Part shown: positions 57,401 through 64,000 of the stretch, in pieces
How the letters are laid out: every line of letters starts with the position of its first letter
Position numbering within the stretch: position 1 is the stretch's first letter
Virus record (IMG/VR): IMGVR_UViG_3300032234_000388
Coordinates: 64,001 to 128,000 of that record
Length of the DNA: 64,000 nucleotides
Direction: 5' to 3' (one strand)
Source: a virus
Lineage: Duplodnaviria > Caudoviricetes
Translations under genes and position numbers: made by a program
Notes under the pieces: generated by a model
Database searches by the model: none
Told to the model about the DNA's origin: nothing
What the model saw: the letters and a program-made list of their open reading frames with translations, nothing else

Positions 57401-59322
57401 TCGCGTTCGCTAATTATACCATTTAATGTAGTCTTGGCTCTAAGTGTGCGACCTGCAATTAATCCGTGATCAGTAGCGGTGTTTAATGTATTACTAGAAG
57501 TTATAGAAGTTGCTATAACTTTACTAAATGGAGATAGATTATTATCAATCTGATATCGAATCCAAGCACTAACTTCTCGTTGTATAAATGCTCGATTTAA
57601 CTCTAGAAGATGTTGTGCGTTTGGATTTCTAGCGCCATTCTCAACTTGTTCACAAGCATATCGAATAGTCTTCCAAGGTTTGTCTAGTGTTCCGCCGTGG
57701 GCTGGGTATGGTGCATCGGTACCGTTTGGAGCAACATAGTACACATGATCTATCTTACCCAATGTTCTCCATTCTGGATCTGTTCCGTTTGAAACTAAAA
57801 CCTGACCTTCTACTCCTACGGGCAATCTTGTTGGGCCTGCGCCACCAAAATAAACCAAGTCGCCTCGAACGCTAAGAATATCAACTTCGCTTCCTAATGA
57901 CAATGAATTCCAATACACTCCGGTAGAGTCTCTGTCCGGTCTGCTATTTGCCTGTCCGCCACCAGTAGCTCCAACTGTTGAACCGTCGTCTGCTTCTGAT
58001 CTATGAGCTAATACACAAATATATGCATTTGAACCAAATCTAACAGCGTCGCCTAACAAATACTCAAAGTCGTCTGCCCACTCCCCTCTCCACTTAATAC
58101 CAGAATTTAGTGTAATCCAATATGCAGCATTTGGAGGTTCTGCTGATACAACTGCGGTCATTGTGCCAGAGGCATTAGCAGTGATATTAAATGTTACACC
58201 GCCTGGTGTGGTACTAACTGTTATATTTCCAGCAGAAACTGTTTTAACATAGTATCTAGCTCCTGTGAACACATTGCCAAATGTAGTACCTGTGAATCTC
58301 ACAGTCATTCCTACTACGATACCAGTTGTGCTGGCAATGGTAAATTGATCGTTTGCTGCTGTTACAGCGGTAACTGTATAGGTGTTTGATGGAGAATCAG
58401 TAGTTGCTAGATATGTGTATCCTCCATAACTAACTACTTCGCCAATCTTGTATGATGTATTATTTGCCCAGTCGGACTGAAATTTTATTCCTTCAGAAAA
58501 TAAATCCCAGTCTGCTGTAATTGTTAATGGATTTGAGCCTGTGCTGATTGTTTTAGCCACATATTGATTTCCGCCATAGCGAACAATATCGCCAGGTTGA
58601 TATGTAGTGCCGATGTTCCAATTATCTTCAAACTCAACACCTTCAACAAATTGACTCCAGAATCCAGAATTAACATCAGTGCTAAAAGTAAGAGCCGCAG
58701 CATGTGCAGTGGTACAAATCCAAAGGCCTGCGCCTTGCTTAACAACGTCATTTAGTTTATAACGTGTAGAAGTAGCCCATGCTCCTTTGTACTGCAATCC
58801 TGGATTAAAATCGTCCCAAGACGATTGATTTCCTTCTAGTCCAACCGAGGCAGTTGATGCAGAAGTGTGTGCAGTATTACAAACATATGTATAACCGCCG
58901 TATCTTACTAAATCGTTTACTTTGTATCGAGTGGCTGTTGACCATGCACCTTTCCAATCAAGACCTTCAGCAAATAATGTCCATTTACTTTGATCATTTT
59001 CTAGTCCAAGGGCAACACTAGCGGCAGAAGTATGGCTATCAGAGCAGATGTATAGTAGTCCGCCGTACTTAACTAAATCGTTAAGTTTGTAAAAGGTAGA
59101 AGTGTTCCAGTCGCCTTTCCATTCTTGACCGTCACTCATCTGATTCCATTTGGAAGGACTGTATTCTAGATCTACATTAAAATCCGCATCTGATGTGTGC
59201 CCAACTGTACAAATATAACTACGACCACCGTATCTAATTACGTCGTCAACGTAGTAAACTGTACCATTTGTCCAGTCGCCTTTCCATACGAATTTTATTC
59301 TACCAAGTTTAAACTCTGCCAT
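51451..59322 (-). CDS. Giant multidomain fibre/adhesin protein (about 2620 aa)
   Basis: Start MAEFKLGRIK at 59322 (GGAG SD); N-terminal WxxxTxYxxxDxVxYGG repeats (CBM5/12-like); YVAPNG...KPWKTI beta-helix entry; four CxRD helical repeats; S.DG.TWT Asp-box propeller repeats. Confidence 0.8.
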   Translation of the reverse strand: MAEFKLGRIKFVWKGDWTNGTVYYVDDVIRYGGRSYICTVGHTSDADFNVDLEYSPSKWNQMSDGQEWKGDWNTSTFYKLNDLVKYGGLLYICSDSHTSAASVALGLENDQSKWTLFAEGLDWKGAWSTATRYKVNDLVRYGGYTYVCNTAHTSASTASVGLEGNQSSWDDFNPGLQYKGAWATSTRYKLNDVVKQGAGLWICTTAHAAALTFSTDVNSGFWSQFVEGVEFEDNWNIGTTYQPGDIVRYGGNQYVAKTISTGSNPLTITADWDLFSEGIKFQSDWANNTSYKIGEVVSYGGYTYLATTDSPSNTYTVTAVTAANDQFTIASTTGIVVGMTVRFTGTTFGNVFTGARYYVKTVSAGNITVSTTPGGVTFNITANASGTMTAVVSAEPPNAAYWITLNSGIKWRGEWADDFEYLLGDAVRFGSNAYICVLAHRSEADDGSTVGATGGGQANSRPDRDSTGVYWNSLSLGSEVDILSVRGDLVYFGGAGPTRLPVGVEGQVLVSNGTDPEWRTLGKIDHVYYVAPNGTDAPYPAHGGTLDKPWKTIRYACEQVENGARNPNAQHLLELNRAFIQREVSAWIRYQIDNNLSPFSKVIATSITSSNTLNTATDHGLIAGRTLRAKTTLNGIISERDYYVISAGLTSTAFRVSLTLNGPAVGTLVDGTGLTIDFVFDYDEYKCERDVGYIVDRLIWDIGHGGNLKIRAAAQSLLGVLDEGPFSAAEEDVPYATLASEKEEGVAAYQYMTELVTAVLANTAPAVAYQSVLNDSTAIVAQHFVSDVAKAAETGTTETAVSLINIVVDALSTLSSSSIPERSVPNSTINVKSGRYREILPIIVPAETVILGDEVRSTNAGPAGIITSRDDVKYSVDALSRLETVVGQIIVGTNVTESSGNTAIQSAAWPYASSVEVSTVRQLVRVMEHRIDFSTGSALFFSSADPVGYNVGFLQGYGDARTLIRENKEFVKSELIAYIAENFPNVKYSKTKCKRDIGYIVDAMIYDLTYGGRSQILNAGLAYYDGPGSNLMIDSTEIAATVSAYGRLKTVLQQIVSNTTVTRSTGNTATQWTSVYLINGNLASTFVGNGIDIVTNIISGDSTTGLTPQINVTQIATNNTFTSASHGLVIGDAVVPKITANGLTAGVKYWVVGTLTGSTFQLSATYGGSTLATFVNGTGLDIDIEVIDYPVATNGVNTTTALITAAQTLDAAQETIVTNTTAFISTNYPTLVYNSTKCERDVRLILEAVMFDFMFNSNVQTTNAAYAYLRSSASDVFDLGQKAATRAAFAFVKTAAQANVGGNATAQARISVLMDALDDIVYSATNEGSVCQTSIRAADHARLQLERNRDYIVSEITAYIGATNRTTVTAATASTDIFTCTSTAWMQRNAAIRFTGTTFGGIVAGTTYYVQNVVSSTTFTISTTRNSNTAFDIMDDGTGSMTVALSYSTTSCERDVHAYIDALKFDLMYPGNYKSRMAARYYANAVMGSLEEDMYYVRNGTGIRNQTLADLSGDLLAPNEYGTSRVSAGAYVSLDPGWGPNDFRTWIISRSPYVQNVTTFGHAAIGQKIDGALHNGGNDSIVSNDFTQVISDGIGAWITNNGRAELVSVFSYYAHIGYLAENGGRIRATNGNNSYGDFGSVAEGFDATEVIGTGVVDNRNFVSTVGSVFTDAADDVLQFEFENAGSDYTDVTWTIAGAGANARVEQDEFRDGAVFEVRLLDSVDDSTTAPESDGNFGGFGYVSNANTAQGGTTTQITIAATDQEISSAYVGMRIYLTGGAGVGQFANIATYNAGTKVATVTRESTGAPGFDHIIAGTTIVAPDASTTYTIEPRITFTAPTYSSTARTLATSQTYTDVGYAPLYRTYLGVSGTTSGTGINATFDVVRRGTKYSTVALKTAGTGYARLDTITIAGTTLTGTNPTNSITITITAVNEITGAILTYEFVGTAQGGNYVAISSGSRTINTSVDGITWTERLNALPSTASWTAIASGEDRTIVNAGSFVVGTAYKIVTVGTTAFTAIGSSADVVGRIFIATAVGAGSGTAIPMAHSMVAISSGGTANAYSTDGGITWTSGAALPTTGTWSAIAYGNGLWVAVRSGSNSTAYSSNGGQTWLTGGNLPQSTTWSGIAYGGGNWIAVASGGAVAAVSTDNGATWTEKVLPASSNWTSVSWGNNRFVAVSNSSGTTAAYSLTGQIWTASVIPSAQYTDVRYGQGVFLAVSQSTQAASSEDGIVWTSRTTSTAANGFSACIFGNPNQSGRWVAIQRGTASTVASQILVGATARARAYVAQEKIFAIRMLEPGSGYTSAPTMTITDPNNIFEAPFLVRTGNGAIANPSFVNRGTGYVAAEAEILTGDGYGDFFQDGQFISVKRLTKFPVAGSNVVFAHLPDQTFKLVQVLTQLGTIPGDYRAFFQIAPDMKRFSPPNHLDGATTRIRYSQVRLTGHDFLDIGTGNFDETNYPNLPTQLPVQANETVDNNGGRVFFTSTDQDGNFRVGDLFTIEQSTGVATLNADAFNIAGLQELTLGNITLGGGSASITEFSTDPFFTSNSDNVVPTQRAIKAYIASQIGGGGASLNVNSVTAGSIYIAGNQITTVTASAIQMKATFEFRAGVTGIPLAMSMMLT
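54479..54660. repeat. Near-identical tract, copy 1 (copy 2 at 62381-62562)
   Basis: 101 nt identical (54479-54579 = 62381-62481) plus 46 nt identical (54593-54638). Confidence 0.9.
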
Positions 59323-59367
59323 TTTCCACTCCAAAATTTATATAGCACGTATATTTATGCATTATTG

Positions 59368-62300
59368 TTACCTGTCCTTAAACGATTTTATAAACATGAT
59401 TTGTGCCAGCCAGCTGCCTCTCATGCCTGCGGGTCTACCGTATGTTCCTATTCCTGCAAAATTAGCCACTATCGGTATTAGTACAGATAACGACGCTGTA
59501 TTGCCTATAAGGTTAGGACCCACTCTTACAGTACCAGCAATAAAACTAGCGGTAAGCAAATCTGCTCCACCTACGTTTAGTCTGTTTTGCAAATAAGCCT
59601 TAATGGCTCGCTGCGTCGGAACTACGTTATTAGAATCTGCAACAAATAATGCATCTGTTGAAAACTCTCGAACAACTGCTCCTGATCCGCCAAGACGAAC
59701 ACCGCCTAGTGCTAACTCTGTAAGACCTTCAAGATTAAAAAAGTCTGCGCTAATAGTTACAACGCCAGTTGATTGTTCAACTGCAAACAATTCGCCTGCT
59801 CTAAAATTACCGTCTTGGTCTGTTGAGGTATAGAATACTCTACCGCCGTTAAATTCTACTACTTCATTTTCTGGCGCTTTAAAAAACGGTAATCCAGATG
59901 TGTATAATTCAGGATAGTTTGTATCTACAAAGTTTCCAGCACCGATGTCTAAGAAGTCATGTCCAGTTATACGTACTTGACTGTATCTTTCTCTAATTTC
60001 TACAGATGATCCGTGTTCTAGATCATAATCGTAGTCTAATCGAGGACTGACTCTAAATGTTGCAGTGTATGTTCCGTCTTGTTCTTGTGTTTCTACTTCA
60101 ACTGTAGTCACTGTAAAGAAATTTTCTTCACCCCTAAATCTAAATTGTGTTCCAGGGCCAGGTAATACTGTTACCCCTTGAATAGTTACAAAATTTCCGT
60201 TAGGAATAATGTCAGCATATCCGTCGCCTCTAATTACAACTGAGGTATTACTAGTTTTATAAGAAACTCCGCGATTTATCCAACTTGGTTGAGCTAACAC
60301 CTTGTCGCCCATACGCAAATTAATATAAACATCTGTAGTATTGTTAGGATCAATAATTGTATACGATGGTGCTAAATCGTATCCGCTTCCTGGTTCCCAT
60401 ATCCTTACGGATCTAACTCTACCAGATTCGACAATTACACGTCCTAGTGCTCTAGCACCGGTTAAAACTTTACATCCCTGTGATGAAAAATCTTCAGATA
60501 ACAATACCCACATAGGTCTGTTATTAGAAATTGTGCTATCATCGAGAGTAACATCTGGATTACCAAATGCTAGTGATGCCCAATTAGCTGCTTGAGATAA
60601 TAGTCTTGGTGTCCAGTGAATGCCGTCATATGAGGTAGCTGCAAATTGTGTAGGACTTGTTGTTGGATCTTCTCCGATGTCTCGGCCTCCGGTATTTCCT
60701 ATTGCAAAAAATACTCCTTGACCGTAACGTATTCTTCTCCAAAAATGTGCTGTTGATCCGTCCTGTGATGGCATTGTTGCTGGAAGCCACGTAACCCCGT
60801 CAAAACTATAACCAATTTGGCCGGTACTGCTTATCGCTACAAATCTTTGATTTCCATAGGCTACCGATTGCCAATCTAATGCAGAGGAATCCTCCGAAAC
60901 GTCCATTAATGTTGGCGCCCAAGTTAATGCGCCGTTAGCAAATGTTCCAGTGGCTGCGGTATTTCCGCTGTTTGCAATGGCAACAAATTTGCCTTTACCG
61001 TAAGTAATGTCAACCCATTCGTTACGTGTACTGTCACCAAAAGCAGGTAAGGTTGTGTTAATCCACGATGTACCGTTTAAACTATATGCTCCAATATTTG
61101 TATCGTCGGCAATAGCAACAAATATTCCGCTACCGTAGGCAATTCCAGCCCAATTTCGTGTAGCTGGCATACTTCGGGCAGTCCAGTTTATTCCATTTGT
61201 ACTGCTAGCTGCTTGATCGCTGTTATATCTAATTGCAACTATGGTGTTTTCACCGGCCGCACTATTGTACCAGTCTCCAGAACTAGGCAATGTAAATGAA
61301 GTCCAAGTGGTTCCATCATAGGAATATCTTCCAACATTACTGTCTGCCGGCATCGCTATGAATTTTCCACTAACTCCAACACCCTCGTATTCAAAGGTTA
61401 AAATAGAGTTTGTACTGTCATCAGATGTAGATTTTACAGTAATTGTGATGTTGTTTTCTGGTGAGGTTCCGCCTAATAATGAGCCAGGTATAATTAATGT
61501 TTGTTCATCGGCATATCCTGCACCGCCCGAAACTAGTGATACTGTATAGTTTCTTCCTATTTTAGAAATATTAAAAAATGCTTGAGAAGGTATTACATTA
61601 ATTGTTGTGCCAGATCCAAGGTCTGCGGGCACAGCCGTAAAGGTTTCTTGAGTTTCGCCATATATGATACTTGCATATGTTTGTGTTGTAATTAAGTTTG
61701 AACTTGACACAACGTATGGGGGTTCGTCAACAATTAGTCTTGGTTCAAATCTATACACTGCCGAAGTATTCAATGCTCCTAAAATTGGAGTACCCTGTAC
61801 CACATGATCCCATCCCGGCTCTCCAGTGGTTTCTTTAAGAATATTAACAACTTTAGTTAATTCGTTAAATCCACCTACATAACCGTACTGTCCTGTACCG
61901 TCTCCGCTGGTTATTATAACTCTTAATCCCAACAACTCTTCTTCGGTGTTTTCATTACTAGTTGCAAGAGTTATGGTTGTTGATGTTCCAGACTGAGCAT
62001 TATTACCAATAAGTGAATAGCCACCGCCGCCAGGAGTTCTTCCAATGTTTTCTGGGCTATTTCTTACTTGAAATTCAAATATTGCATTATCTCTAAATTC
62101 TTCTTGTATTACGCTAGCATTAACTCCAGATCCAATTACTGTATAATCTGCAGTAGTATACTGTTCTCCAGCATTTCCAAATTCAAATAATAAAATTTCG
62201 TCGTTGGCTTCGCCTGCTAGTGCTGATACCACTGTTGCTGGAGTTAATCGATTATTAATTACCCCAAAAGTTGGTGACTCTGTGGGGTCGTTACCGTCGG

Positions 62301-64000
62301 CTAGTGTTCCATAATTTCCGTAAGAACTATTACCGTTGGTAGCACGAATTTTTCCACCGTTGTTTGCAAACATTCCGATGTGTGCATAATATGAGAACAC
62401 TGAAACTAATTCAGCACGCCCGTTATTGGTAATCCAAGCACCAATACCATCACTAATAACCTGTGTAAAGTCGTTGGAAACAATAGATTTATTTCCGCCG
62501 TTGTGCAATGCGCCGTCAATCTTTTGACCAATTGCTGCATAACCAAAGGTAGTTACGTTTTGTACGTAGCAGCTTCTTGTAGTGATCCATACTTCTTCGT
62601 GAGATGGTCCCCATCCTGGATCTAACGAAACAAATGCGCCACCGGTTGGTATTTGATACTGTAGAGGCGGTGCCGGATTTGGCAATGTGCCAATTAATCC
62701 AGAAAGTGTCATGTTTCTAATGCCGGTAGCATCTCTAACATAGAACATATCTTCGCCTGCAGAGCCTAATATTAAATTTCTATAATATCTTGCAGCTCTT
62801 AGAGATTTATAATTTCCATCGTATTGTAGATCGTATATCCAAGCATCGATGTATCTAGAGATATCTTTTTGATATCTGTCTAAATCAAATTCGTAAAATG
62901 AGAATTCATCTTGCATGTAAGCTATTGCTTCAGCAATAAAAAACTCTCTATTAAAGTCTAGATAAATTGCAGCATCTAAGAATCCTTGCTCAGTATGTAG
63001 ATTATTACTACCAGTTAATGATGGTTCAGTGATATCTGCATCGTTTATATGATAATTAATATAGTTGATAATTTGTGAAATCAATACTTTAATTGTGTCA
63101 ACTGCTTCTATCGATGCAGACACCGGTCTTAACAATTCTTCACCAATAATTGGGTTTCCAAATTCATCAGTAGTATTTGGTGAAAATTGTGGAGGCACAA
63201 ATGGTACTCGAATATTGTTGACCGGAGTTTCATTATTTCCAGGCGAAGCTGGGGGAGAAACCATAGTAGGTTCTCCTGGAGCGAGCATCTCAGTAATCAA
63301 TACAGATTCAACCATTGATGATATTCTATTTAAAACTGCAATGATATAAGTGCTATCAGAATTTAATGATTCATTTGCAGGATTAGGTTTAACTGTTACT
63401 GATCTTAATTCTTCTCCTCTTACTGCTGTACCTGCTGGAACAACGATTGGTAATATTTCTGTGTAATTACCTGTAGATACTTTAATTGTGTGAAGATATG
63501 TGCTTGTGGGTCTATAGTTTTCTATATATTCGCAGGCAAATCTAATAGTTCTAAAGGGTTTGAATACTGAAAATCCTCGTTGAGGATCAGTAATATCGTC
63601 AGCTGCAACGCTGTCATCTGAGCTAACATAGATTATTTTTTCTATTTCACCCCATTGATTATAAACTAAACTATCCTCAGCATTAGGCATTAACAGTTCG
63701 CCATCAAGTTGAGAGATTCTTACTGGAGTTGTTCCAATAGTACTTGTATCGCCTGCTGCTGTTCTTGAAAAATCAAAAGTTAATAAATCTCCTCTTGTGT
63801 CCATAGCAACATTAGGACCGGCCATTAATATTAAGTCCCAATAATAAAATCCGGAACCGTTGTCGCCTGGATAATTTTCACCACTCGATACGTGAGAAAA
63901 ATTACAACTATACAGACTACCCGCAAAATTTATATAATCGCCAATGAAATACTGAGTATTTGTAATCCAGTTTGCTCTAAAATTAGATCCAACAATTAAA
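59368..64000 (-). CDS. Giant fibre/adhesin paralog of 51451..59322, 5' end outside window
   Basis: Frame stays open upstream of the ORF-track Met to the window end (..FRANWITNTQYFIGDYINFAGSLYSC..); shares QNVTTFG..IGQKIDG, RYSQVR.TGHDFLDIG and VVPTQRAIKAY with the neighbour. Confidence 0.85.
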   Translation of the reverse strand, partial: LIVGSNFRANWITNTQYFIGDYINFAGSLYSCNFSHVSSGENYPGDNGSGFYYWDLILMAGPNVAMDTRGDLLTFDFSRTAAGDTSTIGTTPVRISQLDGELLMPNAEDSLVYNQWGEIEKIIYVSSDDSVAADDITDPQRGFSVFKPFRTIRFACEYIENYRPTSTYLHTIKVSTGNYTEILPIVVPAGTAVRGEELRSVTVKPNPANESLNSDSTYIIAVLNRISSMVESVLITEMLAPGEPTMVSPPASPGNNETPVNNIRVPFVPPQFSPNTTDEFGNPIIGEELLRPVSASIEAVDTIKVLISQIINYINYHINDADITEPSLTGSNNLHTEQGFLDAAIYLDFNREFFIAEAIAYMQDEFSFYEFDLDRYQKDISRYIDAWIYDLQYDGNYKSLRAARYYRNLILGSAGEDMFYVRDATGIRNMTLSGLIGTLPNPAPPLQYQIPTGGAFVSLDPGWGPSHEEVWITTRSCYVQNVTTFGYAAIGQKIDGALHNGGNKSIVSNDFTQVISDGIGAWITNNGRAELVSVFSYYAHIGMFANNGGKIRATNGNSSYGNYGTLADGNDPTESPTFGVINNRLTPATVVSALAGEANDEILLFEFGNAGEQYTTADYTVIGSGVNASVIQEEFRDNAIFEFQVRNSPENIGRTPGGGGYSLIGNNAQSGTSTTITLATSNENTEEELLGLRVIITSGDGTGQYGYVGGFNELTKVVNILKETTGEPGWDHVVQGTPILGALNTSAVYRFEPRLIVDEPPYVVSSSNLITTQTYASIIYGETQETFTAVPADLGSGTTINVIPSQAFFNISKIGRNYTVSLVSGGAGYADEQTLIIPGSLLGGTSPENNITITVKSTSDDSTNSILTFEYEGVGVSGKFIAMPADSNVGRYSYDGTTWTSFTLPSSGDWYNSAAGENTIVAIRYNSDQAASSTNGINWTARSMPATRNWAGIAYGSGIFVAIADDTNIGAYSLNGTSWINTTLPAFGDSTRNEWVDITYGKGKFVAIANSGNTAATGTFANGALTWAPTLMDVSEDSSALDWQSVAYGNQRFVAISSTGQIGYSFDGVTWLPATMPSQDGSTAHFWRRIRYGQGVFFAIGNTGGRDIGEDPTTSPTQFAATSYDGIHWTPRLLSQAANWASLAFGNPDVTLDDSTISNNRPMWVLLSEDFSSQGCKVLTGARALGRVIVESGRVRSVRIWEPGSGYDLAPSYTIIDPNNTTDVYINLRMGDKVLAQPSWINRGVSYKTSNTSVVIRGDGYADIIPNGNFVTIQGVTVLPGPGTQFRFRGEENFFTVTTVEVETQEQDGTYTATFRVSPRLDYDYDLEHGSSVEIRERYSQVRITGHDFLDIGAGNFVDTNYPELYTSGLPFFKAPENEVVEFNGGRVFYTSTDQDGNFRAGELFAVEQSTGVVTISADFFNLEGLTELALGGVRLGGSGAVVREFSTDALFVADSNNVVPTQRAIKAYLQNRLNVGGADLLTASFIAGTVRVGPNLIGNTASLSVLIPIVANFAGIGTYGRPAGMRGSWLAQIMFIKSFKDR
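62381..62562. repeat. Near-identical tract, copy 2
   Basis: See 54479-54660. Confidence 0.9.

Noticed and set aside
29200-57620. Calling the host a cyanobacterium from the phycobiliprotein-like repeats
   Set aside because: No photosynthesis or bilin-synthesis genes in this window; the host cannot be assigned from this sequence.
48044-62562. Paralogous repeats as a possible diversity-generating retroelement TR/VR pair
   Set aside because: No reverse transcriptase in the window, both copies are coding, and I saw no adenine-restricted mismatch pattern.
1980-63349. Many short antisense ORFs in the ORF track (e.g. 3374-3658, 27577-28239, 51566-51919)
   Set aside because: Shadow frames of long genes on the opposite strand, with no SD, promoter or recognisable motif.
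1-64000. Stop-codon reassignment, tRNAs or rRNA
   Set aside because: Genes are full length and densely packed under the standard code; intergenic gaps are short and no cloverleaf was recognised by eye.

Overview
64 kb of a large T4-like myophage genome, standard genetic code, mostly on the minus strand. Left to right: a sugar-nucleotide/glycosyltransferase module; uvsY, uvsX and gp32; large and probable small terminase with putative internal head proteins; gp4, tail tube, enlarged tail sheath and dNMP kinase; divergently arranged neck genes (gp13 versus gp14/gp15); and very large fibre/adhesin-like structural proteins. Inside the fibre region (31.0-47.4 kb) is an island of 5 flavin-dependent tryptophan-halogenase-family genes and 12 Fe(II)/2OG- or JmjC-type oxygenase genes, next to three paralogous Gly/His-rich fibre-tip-like proteins. 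Main observations: (1) this island may be a virion-protein or metabolite tailoring system; (2) the giant structural proteins on both sides carry repeated helical domains with the phycobiliprotein bilin-attachment signature C-x-R-D (six Cys-containing copies, one degenerate); (3) a TAA(A/G)TA late-promoter box lies 4-5 nt before the ATG of ten genes with no SD, implying leaderless late mRNAs; (4) an FtsZ C-terminal-peptide look-alike (DVPAYLRKQ) occurs in the protein downstream of terminase; (5) two diverged fibre paralogs share a 101-nt perfectly identical tract. All functional calls come from motif recognition by eye; no database searches were run.
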